Below, piece after piece: positions 1 to 8,373 of a stretch of DNA of 64,000 bases. The DNA lies in assembly GCA_964473825.1 (NCBI GenBank), contig CAYYQL010000004.1:32001-96000 (forward strand), written 5' to 3'. Position numbers and translations under genes: made by a program. Numbering within the stretch: the first letter of the stretch is position 1; each line of letters starts with the position of its first letter. Below the pieces are notes generated by a model that made no database searches, was not told the DNA's origin, and saw only the letters and a list, made by a program, of their open reading frames with translations. The DNA is from an uncultured archaeon. Lineage in GTDB: Archaea; Asgardarchaeota; Thorarchaeia; Thorarchaeales; Thorarchaeaceae.

Positions 1-917
1 ACAAAATCCATGACCCGTCTGCCGAATTCCTTATCATCTTTGAATGACCAAGGGATTCTGAGAAACAGTTTTCTCGCTTTGTTTATTGCTTCCTCATCTC
101 TGCTGACATGTGCTCTGAAGACCAGTTTCGCCCACTGGAAGCAAACACTCTCTTGGAAACGGTCTCTGAAGCCGGAATTTGCCGCTGTCTCTGTCAGGTA
201 TGATATTCCCTCCTTTGGTTTACCTAGCATGAGGTCAGCTAGGGCTCCAAGACATGCAAAAGTCACTGCATTTTGGACTACTCCGGAGGCGACGAAAGTG
301 TCGGCACCCTCTTTATACTCCCTTGCTTTCTTGTTGTATAGCTGCCTTCCCTCGACAATAACCAGCTCGTTCTTCATTTCATCTCTCTTTACTCTCTTGA
401 GGGCAGCCCCACCTAGTACGGCCGCCTTCAGTTCCGCCTGCATCACTTGTACATCATCATCTTCAGCTGATTCCCTGGCCTTGGCCACCATCTTTTCTCC
501 CGCCTTTACTAGTTTCTCTCTTAGTGAGGATTCTGATAGGGCCGGGTCTTCGGTGGCAGTCCCTTTTTCGTAGACTGATCGGCCATAGCGGAAGACCTCA
601 TATGCTCTCTCAATCAGACCATTCTTTGTGGCAAGTTCAATGGCACGGATACAGGCAAGGATTGCATTATCTGTTTCTGCTAGGTTCTCGAATTGAGTGG
701 CCGATTCAATGAACCAGAGAATAGCATCTGTGCTGTTATCATCTGCTAGCTCTTTTCCCTTGTATAACGAGCTATAAGCGTCAATGCAGATCAGTGAGCG
801 GTCGAACCTAGTGCACTTGGCTTCCACTTCCGGACGTGGAAGTTCTTGCTTCCTCATCTCACAGTAGTTGCTCGAATCGTCTGACCTCAACCATGAACAT
901 GTTTCTTCTTCTGTCAA
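1..917 (-). CDS. SNAP (Sec17/gamma-SNAP)-like alpha-solenoid protein with N-terminal Cys cluster and internal WH2-like motif; runs off the window start
   Basis: Not in the ORF track. Manual translation from TTG at 917 (GGGAGG RBS upstream) is open for 305 codons to the window edge: MTEEETCSWLRSDDSSNYCEMRKQELPRPEVEAKCTRFDRSLIC...ESATQFENLAETDNAILACIRAIELATKNG...MQAELKAAVLGGAALKRVKRD...ACLGALADLMLGKPKEGISYL...FQESVCFQWAKLVFRAHVSRDEEAINKA. Confidence 0.75.
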   Translation of the reverse strand, partial: MTEEETCSWLRSDDSSNYCEMRKQELPRPEVEAKCTRFDRSLICIDAYSSLYKGKELADDNSTDAILWFIESATQFENLAETDNAILACIRAIELATKNGLIERAYEVFRYGRSVYEKGTATEDPALSESSLREKLVKAGEKMVAKARESAEDDDVQVMQAELKAAVLGGAALKRVKRDEMKNELVIVEGRQLYNKKAREYKEGADTFVASGVVQNAVTFACLGALADLMLGKPKEGISYLTETAANSGFRDRFQESVCFQWAKLVFRAHVSRDEEAINKARKLFLRIPWSFKDDKEFGRRVMDF

Positions 918-1023
918 GAGACAACCTCCCGAGTGTATCTGATTCACTGTTCATTTGGAATCTCTCAGTTGTCCCTAAAAAGGCAATGCTAGTTGTATCG
1001 ACATATTTAACTGAAAACGCAAT

Positions 1024-1440
1024 GTGCCTCGTTCTGAGGGAATACTCCTGAACGATGATGACGAACTCTCGATGATTCGGAGGAGAAAGATGGCTCAGCT
1101 GATGAAGAAGCAGGAGCAGCTGGAGGCCGACAGAGAAAAGAAGGAGAAAGCCTCAGAGCGGCAAGAAGCGATTCTAAAGAGATTCCTTGCCCAAGACGCA
1201 CAAGAATATCTCAAGACCCTAAAAGAATGCGAGCCTGCTGTTGGAGCGCGAGTTCAAGAGATCATTCTGTATCTGATAGTCTATCGCGAAATACGACAGG
1301 TCTTCTCTCAGATTGATGTAAGGTATATTGAACGCCAGATAAAGGGTGAGGAACCAAAGATTCGTGTTCACAGGGACGGGGAGACCTCAGACTTCGGGGA
1401 GTATGTTCGTGATGCAATCAAGAAAGATTCCAACGACTAA
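1024..1440 (+). CDS. PDCD5/TFAR19-family double-stranded DNA-binding protein
   Basis: N-terminal DDDELSMIRRRKMAQL and QEAILKRFLAQDAQEYL, typical of PDCD5/MTH1615; true start may be slightly downstream. Confidence 0.8.
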   Translation: MPRSEGILLNDDDELSMIRRRKMAQLMKKQEQLEADREKKEKASERQEAILKRFLAQDAQEYLKTLKECEPAVGARVQEIILYLIVYREIRQVFSQIDVRYIERQIKGEEPKIRVHRDGETSDFGEYVRDAIKKDSND

Positions 1441-2336
1441 CCGAGTGCCATTGCCCTTTGCTTCCACTCCCTGACTTTGTATTGTAACCCATCAATGTCC
1501 GCCGGTTTGGATTTCCATTTGTTGGCTGTTCGACGCATCTCAAAGATCAATGCTCCTCCTCGAGCAAGTTTCTGTTCTAGGATGTCCACTGCCTTTTCAA
1601 CCGCTTCTGCTATGTTCTCATGCCCCTCGGTCTTGCTTATTATCGTCCCGAGCTCATCAAAGATTTGAACGGGCTCTGCGGTCTTCCACTTGTCCAATGG
1701 AATCGGTGCTACCCGATACTTCTTGCTAGGGATCACCATCTGACCATCTTGGACTTCTATCTCCTCTGCATTCTGTAACTTGTCGATTATGCCCAGGGTC
1801 TCTGACATATCTGCAACTATGACTGCAGCAATCTCTTCGATGCTGATTTTCCTCTTGTTTAGAACGAGGTTGAGGACTTTGTACTTGGGATCTCCAACCT
1901 CCATGACCGTTTCTCTAAGCTTCTCTCTTGCCCCCTCTTCATCATTGAGCAGAGCCATTGCAGCACCGGAGAGCTTCTGAAGATCCTCCGAAAGCATGTC
2001 CGCCTTCCTCTTGGTCGCCTGCAGGCTTTCTTCCAACGTATGATTGCTCTCTGCTGGGCTTTTTTTGGAGTAGCTCTCTTTCTGACTCGATCTTATGTCA
2101 CGCATCTGCTGACCTACGCTATCTAGAGCGTCCTTTGTGCGACTTAGTTCGGACTGCAAGATTCGGATTTCATCGTCCTTTCTCTCAATAGTACGTTCCA
2201 ACTCTTCCACTTGCTGACCAAGAGCATGCGCTCGCTTCTGACTTCCAGAGAGTTGTGCTTGTAGCACCTCAAGCTTCTGATTCAATGATGCAATCTGCAG
2301 TGTCTTCTCTTTTAGTCGGTCATTGGAATCTGACAT
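1437..2336 (-). CDS. Long coiled-coil protein with central winged-helix and C-terminal helical domain
   Basis: 299 aa; heptad-rich N-terminal ~140 aa; PKYKVLNLVLNKRKISIEEIAAVI...IIDKLQNAEEIEVQDG resembles a wHTH. Confidence 0.65.
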   Translation of the reverse strand: MSDSNDRLKEKTLQIASLNQKLEVLQAQLSGSQKRAHALGQQVEELERTIERKDDEIRILQSELSRTKDALDSVGQQMRDIRSSQKESYSKKSPAESNHTLEESLQATKRKADMLSEDLQKLSGAAMALLNDEEGAREKLRETVMEVGDPKYKVLNLVLNKRKISIEEIAAVIVADMSETLGIIDKLQNAEEIEVQDGQMVIPSKKYRVAPIPLDKWKTAEPVQIFDELGTIISKTEGHENIAEAVEKAVDILEQKLARGGALIFEMRRTANKWKSKPADIDGLQYKVREWKQRAMALG

Positions 2337-2420
2337 TTCGCCTTCCCAGTGTTTAGGACACCGGTGACGATAAAAAGGAAATTGCGTGTGTATTCATAGG
2401 ACCTTGAGAGCGTTAATGAA

Positions 2421-3188
2421 ATGCGGCTATTTGACTCACATACACACTTAGATATGAAACACTACCAGCATGACCTCAATCAGGTCATTGAGCGTGCTGT
2501 CAATGCAGGCGTGGTCGGAATGGTCACGAGTTCAATCGGGCCCGGATCTTTTCGCCGCACCCTTGGTATCGTTGAAAAACACCCGGGTCTGGTCTATCAT
2601 ACTGCAGGGACATCTGTCTCGAGGCTCACTCGCGAAGAGGCCGATAAGATCATACATCTCGCCAAGAAATACCGAGATCAAATCATTGCAGTGGGCGAGG
2701 TCGGTCTTGACTATCACTGGGTAAGGGATGACGCAGGTCGAAGGGCTCAAGAGCCGCTGTTTGAGAGTTTCATTGATTTGGCAATGGAGTTGGAGTTGCC
2801 ATTGGTGATTCATTCCAGGAAAGCTGAGGCTCGGGCAACTGAGTTCATAGAGAAACGGTTTCATGGTTCAGTTTTGATGCATTGCTTCGAGGGTTCAGCA
2901 GAAGATACCAGACGCATCAGGGACAACGGTTGGTCGATTACGCTACCGGCGAATTTTGCTAAGTATAGAAAACGAGTGGAAGCAGCCAAGATTCTTCCCC
3001 TTGAACAGATCATGCTTGAAACCGATGGCCCGTATCTCTCTCCTGTCGAGGGGCGAAACGAACCCGCCAACATAATACATGGATGTGAGAGTCTTGCTGC
3101 GATACTAGACCAAGATATGAGCTTTATCGCAGAACAGACTACACGTAACGCTCTTTCCTTTTATGGTATCAAATCGGGCAACCGATAG
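2421..3188 (+). CDS. tatD: TatD family hydrolase/DNase
   Basis: DSHTHL, AVGEVGLDY, LVIHSR, HCF and LETDGPYL motifs. Confidence 0.93.
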   Translation: MRLFDSHTHLDMKHYQHDLNQVIERAVNAGVVGMVTSSIGPGSFRRTLGIVEKHPGLVYHTAGTSVSRLTREEADKIIHLAKKYRDQIIAVGEVGLDYHWVRDDAGRRAQEPLFESFIDLAMELELPLVIHSRKAEARATEFIEKRFHGSVLMHCFEGSAEDTRRIRDNGWSITLPANFAKYRKRVEAAKILPLEQIMLETDGPYLSPVEGRNEPANIIHGCESLAAILDQDMSFIAEQTTRNALSFYGIKSGNR

Positions 3189-3219
3189 TGCAATAACTGG
3201 AGTCGTCATAGGATAACCT

Positions 3220-4029
3220 ATGAATAACAGGAACCATCTCTACTCGCGGAAGTACCTAGATGTAGACTCATCCTCGTTGTCGAATCCTGTTGTCGTAATG
3301 GGTCTTCCGGGCATTGGAAATGTAGGCAGGATTGCTGTTGAAACCCTTGGGCAGATCATCGACGCACAGTTATTCATGGAAGTCTTTAGTCCAGATAATC
3401 CTCCAAAGGTGTTCGTGAAGGATGGTCTGTCACATTTCCCCAGGTCCTCCATCCATCTTTATAGGTCCGCCCCCGATGAGGAGCACGACCTACTGATTGT
3501 CATGGCTGATTTTCAGCCTGCAGGTGGCAGAGGCGTTTTCGAATACGCGGATTTCATGGCACAGCAATTCACGTTCTTGGGTGTAGAACAAGTGTACGCT
3601 TTGGCTGCGTATGAACAGGACTACAAGAGCTTCTTTGCTTCATACCCCTCTCAACCCAGAATCTTCCTGTCTGCGAGTGAGCAGGCGATCCTCTCCTCTC
3701 TGTTAGAGCTATCAGATACTGTGAAGACAGAGAACGGTATCATTACAGGTGCAAATGGAATCGTTCCGGTATGGGCATCAACTATGTACAACATGGAGAG
3801 TGCCTGTCTTCTTGGCGAGACAATCGGTATGATCAAGATGGATTATCGCTCTGCTAAGAAGGTCTTGGAGACCCTGTGTTCTCACCTTGGAGTCAAGGCT
3901 GACATCAGTGTTCTCGATGAAGGGGAAGCCAAGGTTGAGAAGTTCATCGACTGGGCCAAGAGTGAAATGGAAAACATAGAGTCTGTTTCGGAATCCGAGG
4001 AAAGCCCCTCAGATCGTTATATCGGCTAG
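3220..4029 (+). CDS. PAC2-family proteasome assembly chaperone
   Basis: GLPGIGNVGRIA, ITGANG, CLLGET and C-terminal RYIG (HbYX-like). Confidence 0.88.
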   Translation: MNNRNHLYSRKYLDVDSSSLSNPVVVMGLPGIGNVGRIAVETLGQIIDAQLFMEVFSPDNPPKVFVKDGLSHFPRSSIHLYRSAPDEEHDLLIVMADFQPAGGRGVFEYADFMAQQFTFLGVEQVYALAAYEQDYKSFFASYPSQPRIFLSASEQAILSSLLELSDTVKTENGIITGANGIVPVWASTMYNMESACLLGETIGMIKMDYRSAKKVLETLCSHLGVKADISVLDEGEAKVEKFIDWAKSEMENIESVSESEESPSDRYIG

Positions 4030-4030
4030 A

Positions 4031-4225
4031 CTAGCTCTCCACCGAATCCGGATGCAGTATATCCGTTACCCAAGCCCTGCTATCGAGGTTCACATAGAAG
4101 TAGTGATCCTTGTGGACTACCTTCACGGTAAACGGAAATCGAGTTGCATTATCCGTGATATTCTCAGGTATCCTCAATACAGTCTTGGCACCACAGACAG
4201 GACAGTCGGCATATCTATCGGGCAT
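4031..4225 (-). CDS. Small putative metal-binding protein (CPxC...HxxH)
   Basis: 64 aa MPDRYADCPVCG...VVHKDHYFYVNLDS; fills the space between two real genes. Confidence 0.65.
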   Translation of the reverse strand: MPDRYADCPVCGAKTVLRIPENITDNATRFPFTVKVVHKDHYFYVNLDSRAWVTDILHPDSVES

Positions 4226-4262
4226 TTAGCTCACATCGGTCCATTTCTCACTAGTGTTAAAC

Positions 4263-4667
4263 TCACTCAATGACCACAGAGGTTTCACTGATGACTAGTC
4301 TTGCATCATAGGAGGCGGGGTCTTCTAGGGGCTCCGTAAAGAGTTTGATGATGTCTTCAGGATTCCCCTCGCTCACAGCTTCATTGTCCGTCGCAACTAT
4401 TCTCAGGTTTTCGTAGACTTTCGCTTGAGCAAGAATCCTATAGGAGTCTAATCCGTTCTGGATCGATAAGATCAGATATCTATCGAAGTCCTTGAACTCA
4501 CTCTTCGGTCCCTTCAGAGTTGCCTTCATTCTATCGATGGCACCACTGGCTGTTATACGCTCAAGGAGGTATGCTCTCACAATCTGATTGCCCACTTTCT
4601 TCCTGATATCAATGAAGGTCTCTTCTTGACCATCTGCTCTCGTTAGGGTCCATGTCTTTCTAGTCAA
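4263..4667 (-). CDS. Hypothetical protein
   Basis: 134 aa ORF with protein-like composition, co-oriented with the small CPxC gene. Confidence 0.65.
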   Translation of the reverse strand: MTRKTWTLTRADGQEETFIDIRKKVGNQIVRAYLLERITASGAIDRMKATLKGPKSEFKDFDRYLILSIQNGLDSYRILAQAKVYENLRIVATDNEAVSEGNPEDIIKLFTEPLEDPASYDARLVISETSVVIE

Positions 4668-4815
4668 GGAATCATCAATCCTATGATTACATCGATGAGA
4701 TTAGACAAAACAGGTTATAGGAATTGCTTGCACTTATGTCTGTTATTACGCGGAATATCTTTATTTGTCGGTAACTCCTCATTTCTTCAGGTCCATCCTG
4801 TTAGGTGAAAGTCAG

Positions 4816-5535
4816 ATGATGCAGACAATTGACATGGCTATCCGAGAAGCCCATATCGGGCTTTGGTTTTTGGTCGTTGGTTACTATTTCTTCTTGTTCA
4901 TATTCCTGCTATTCTTTAGATGGCGGAACACAAGGAATCCCTTCCAATTCGCAATGGCCCTGTTCTTTCTGCTTCTGGCTCTTGGACGTGCTTTCTACTT
5001 CGTCGGTGACTTCTATGCAGACCCGACTTCCCTTTATGGAGGTCTTCCCGACCTTGGTGTCACTGTCTTCCTTCCTGATGCATCACCGTGGCTAGCTATG
5101 GGTGCTTTCCTCCAATGGATGGCCTTGGCAACCCTGTCTGCAACAGCAGGGTTCATGATATTCGGGAAGAGATGGGCGGAGATAGCTTTCGCTATTCCAG
5201 CGATTCTGATCGGTGTAGTTCTTGCTGCTGTACCTCTTGATTACTGGACAAGAACATCTCTAGCCGGGCTCGCCGGACTCGTCTATGCTCTCTTCATACC
5301 AGGCCTCTTCTGGTATCTATCATATGTTTCTGGAGGCCTCCTCCGAAGATCCAACTTTATGTTAGGTCTTGGATTCATGGTGCTCTTCGCAGGGCGGGTT
5401 GTGCATGCAGGACGACACTATCTTGCGGATATGATATTCGGCTCGTACACCGTTCCCGGTGTGCTTGCACCAGGCCTGATAGTCATTGCTCTCATTCTCA
5501 TAGCAGTAGGAAATGAGTGGTCCACAAAAGGATAG
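4816..5535 (+). CDS. Seven-transmembrane integral membrane protein
   Basis: ~7 hydrophobic helices; AGGTGA RBS before ATG 4816. Confidence 0.75.
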   Translation: MMQTIDMAIREAHIGLWFLVVGYYFFLFIFLLFFRWRNTRNPFQFAMALFFLLLALGRAFYFVGDFYADPTSLYGGLPDLGVTVFLPDASPWLAMGAFLQWMALATLSATAGFMIFGKRWAEIAFAIPAILIGVVLAAVPLDYWTRTSLAGLAGLVYALFIPGLFWYLSYVSGGLLRRSNFMLGLGFMVLFAGRVVHAGRHYLADMIFGSYTVPGVLAPGLIVIALILIAVGNEWSTKG

Positions 5536-5609
5536 GCATCTGCAGAATTGGCCGTCCTTGTAAGTTGAAAGGCCAAGCGGCTGACCTTGCACATGATAGT
5601 TGCAAGAAT

Positions 5610-6227
5610 TCATTCAGAACCGATTTCTTTCCATTCGAGCATCTGCATATCTTCCAAGTCGTGAAGAGCTTTCTGGACATCTCTTAGATGTTTACCAATC
5701 TGGTCGGCAATAGCACGAGTCGTCAGTTTTCCCTTGCACATCTCCGCCACCTCGAAAGTGGACTGCTCAAGCTGACCGAGCCTGACCAGCATGGGTGAAA
5801 CCCGCCCCTTGAGAACTGGAACTAGCACCTTCTTCTCAGAGGCTTTCCCCATCTTGGTTATCTCATCAATCTTGTCGGTGAATAGGTCAAAACGCTCAAG
5901 GTCTCCGTCCCAGTCCTTGATATCCTCCCCGTATTTCCGGACAAACGCGTTGTTCACATCGGCCAAGATGGCCATAGCTGCATTAGTGTCATCTGTCTTG
6001 TCAACAGAACCGGCCACAATCACGTCATTTCTCAGTGAAAGGCAGATATCGAAGGCCCCAAAGTCAATCACGTGGACTTTGTTGCCTGAGCTCAGCTCAC
6101 GGCCAAACTGAATGAGGGCTGTCAGAAATCCGCTGATCAGATTTGGATCCATTGTTGCTTCTCCATACTTCCGGTCAACAACGCACAACCCGCTCTCTGC
6201 AACTAGGACATATACTGCCTGAATCAA
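5610..6227 (-). CDS. Longin/roadblock-like domain fused to C-terminal winged HTH
   Basis: IQAVYVLVAESGLCVVDRKY...DPNLISGFLTALIQFGREL is the pattern of Asgard longin-like domains; C-terminal CKGKLTTRAIADQIG...ALHDLEDMQMLEW is wHTH-like. Confidence 0.75.
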   Translation of the reverse strand: MIQAVYVLVAESGLCVVDRKYGEATMDPNLISGFLTALIQFGRELSSGNKVHVIDFGAFDICLSLRNDVIVAGSVDKTDDTNAAMAILADVNNAFVRKYGEDIKDWDGDLERFDLFTDKIDEITKMGKASEKKVLVPVLKGRVSPMLVRLGQLEQSTFEVAEMCKGKLTTRAIADQIGKHLRDVQKALHDLEDMQMLEWKEIGSE

Positions 6228-6346
6228 TGAGTTAGTCTCCGCTCACTGGCTTGTCTTACGAGTATCGCATTTCGGTATATATCAGTTCGTGTGCTCTATT
6301 GGTTTGAAGAGCTAGCCTTATTATCCCATCAAGAGGGTAATGGTCG

Positions 6347-7054
6347 GTGACTTCCTTGGACACTGCAAAGGACGCGCGAGTTCTGGTCTTGGAAGAGTCT
6401 CTTGCGAGACTCAATGACATGATTGGAAATAGGAAGCTGAAGATGCATATTGACTACTCCAATCTCGCTGAATTGCTGAGCAGAGCAGGTCGTTTCCTCT
6501 ATGAGGTGAAGTATTCTTATCTTTCTGCGTCAGAGCTTGCTAACTTGGATGCTACGCAGCAGATGGTCTGTGCAGTCACGGAAATTGGGGAGCGATACAA
6601 TGATGCGGTTTCAACTACGGGTTTCAAACCCAAGACGACAAGAGAACGCCTTATCCATGCAGAAATGAACTACTGTATGCGTATCGCAAAGGGGTTTCAG
6701 AGACGTTTGAAACAGTACGATGATGATCCAGGACGTGCTGTTGATATCTTGGCGGTGGAGGTAAGCCAGGTGAAACCTGTGGCTGGCGCATCAAATCTGT
6801 CAGAATGCCGATGTACAGACGGAAAGAGAATCTGGAGTATTGTCACAAACATCTCTGGAGTCAAGTCATCGTTCGTTTTGGCATGTGCAGTTCTTCCTCC
6901 AGTTGAGATGATGGATAGTGTTAGCGAGGCAATGTTTCTGGGTGGTGAGCCACTTTCCGAGTCTATACCCTTAGGAATACTTGACCAGCCTTCTGAGAAG
7001 TACCTTGCTCAGGCTCGAGCTCAGGTCATGGCAATCATAAAGAGGATGAAGTAG
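6347..7054 (+). CDS. Archaeal RNA-binding protein with C-terminal EMAP/Trbp111-like OB fold
   Basis: AVDILAVEVSQVKP...NLSECRCTDG...IVTN...LPPVEMMDSVSEAMFLG. Confidence 0.8.
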   Translation: MTSLDTAKDARVLVLEESLARLNDMIGNRKLKMHIDYSNLAELLSRAGRFLYEVKYSYLSASELANLDATQQMVCAVTEIGERYNDAVSTTGFKPKTTRERLIHAEMNYCMRIAKGFQRRLKQYDDDPGRAVDILAVEVSQVKPVAGASNLSECRCTDGKRIWSIVTNISGVKSSFVLACAVLPPVEMMDSVSEAMFLGGEPLSESIPLGILDQPSEKYLAQARAQVMAIIKRMK

Positions 7055-7393
7055 ATGCATCTCAAGGACATTCAAGAGAGAATCCGCCAGTTCGATGAAG
7101 AGCGGGGATGGCAGAAGTTTCCTGCTTCGCAGGTCTTCGCCCATCTGATTGAAGAGCTAGGTGAGATATCCCGTCACATCACGGTTGAAGAAGGATACAA
7201 GCTGATTGGCCTAGGTCATGAGGCGCCTAACAGCGGCGAGATATCGCGAGAGTTCGCTCAGGTATTCTCATTGTTCGCTCAGCTTGCTAATCATTTCAAC
7301 GTGGACGTAGAAGAGAGTATTCTTCACGAACTTGAGATTATGGAGAATCGATTCCCGGCAAAGGAGTGGGCAGAAGAGATGAACAAGCGCTAA
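7055..7393 (+). CDS. MazG-like nucleotide pyrophosphohydrolase
   Basis: FDEERGW, LIEELGEIS, EFAQV and ENRFP motifs. Confidence 0.85.
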   Translation: MHLKDIQERIRQFDEERGWQKFPASQVFAHLIEELGEISRHITVEEGYKLIGLGHEAPNSGEISREFAQVFSLFAQLANHFNVDVEESILHELEIMENRFPAKEWAEEMNKR

Positions 7394-7644
7394 TCATGTC
7401 TGAGTGATTGAATCCCAAACGTTACCACAGTTCTTAGTACTCCTTCTGTACCCCTCACTTCGCTGTTTACAAACTCGTTTATCGTTTCTGTGTCTTCGCT
7501 CTTTACGATCAGAAGTACGTCAAACTCTCCTGTGGTCAGCCACGCTTCATCAACAATATCGTGCTTCACGAAATCTTTGACTATCTCCTCATCTGAACCC
7601 GGTGTGACTGACATACTCACAAACGCAGTAATCATGATGTACAA
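7390..7644 (-). CDS. Stand-alone Lrp/AsnC ligand-binding (RAM) domain
   Basis: EAWLTTGEFDVLLIV...EGVLRTVVT. Confidence 0.85.
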   Translation of the reverse strand: MYIMITAFVSMSVTPGSDEEIVKDFVKHDIVDEAWLTTGEFDVLLIVKSEDTETINEFVNSEVRGTEGVLRTVVTFGIQSLRHD

Positions 7645-7759
7645 AACCCCTTCTCTTGCAAACAGTGTGCACGCTCTAAATGCTATCTCATACCCTTACT
7701 AAACTTGTCCTGAGGGCAAGACACAGCTCATGGCTAGCAACAAGAAGAGCGAAGCGCCT

Positions 7760-8308
7760 CTATTTCATCTTTCGTTGCGCGTCGAGAGCCTTCTTGGCCA
7801 TTTCTTCAAGGTCTTTGGTTGCTGCAAGAAGTCCGAGTGCCTTGTTCTGAACAACCGTGATGTTCTTCTCATTGGCCCATTGAGCAAGACCCGTGACCAA
7901 TGGTGCAAGTGCTGTTCGCGCAGACTCAACTGTTCCAACAGCCTTCCCGAGGAGTTCAAGTGCGTCTTTCGGCTTCATCCCAGCCTCGGCTACTCTTAGC
8001 CAGACAAGGGCGTGGATCATGTAGAGTGAGTCCAGCATCAGCGTGGGCGATTTAGGATTCTCCTGAACCTTCCTGATTAGACGGTCCTGTCTGCTCTCAA
8101 AAACCTCTTTAAAGTAACCAAAAGCCTTCTTTTCATTCCCTTTATCCAACTCGATGATGCCTTTCTGTAGCTTCTCGTCGGTTTCACTCAACACTACTGC
8201 ACTCCTAAAGGCGAACCTCAACCTGCTGAGAAAGTCTACGGCATTATTATGACTTTCTACTGTAAAGGGCTTGCTGCCTTTGAGTATAGTCATGACAACA
8301 TCACTCAA
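7760..8308 (-). CDS. Hypothetical helical protein
   Basis: 182 aa ORF, amphipathic-helix composition, divergent from the CoA ligase gene. Confidence 0.7.
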   Translation of the reverse strand: MSDVVMTILKGSKPFTVESHNNAVDFLSRLRFAFRSAVVLSETDEKLQKGIIELDKGNEKKAFGYFKEVFESRQDRLIRKVQENPKSPTLMLDSLYMIHALVWLRVAEAGMKPKDALELLGKAVGTVESARTALAPLVTGLAQWANEKNITVVQNKALGLLAATKDLEEMAKKALDAQRKMK

Positions 8309-8373
8309 AACGTTTATTATTGGCGTTTCATTCGAGCGTTCAGAGTGTCGAAAATCAGTTCGGAGGCTGTCGA

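Noticed and set aside
10-573. 187-aa plus-strand ORF
   Set aside because: Ser-rich antisense shadow of the real minus-strand gene 1-917
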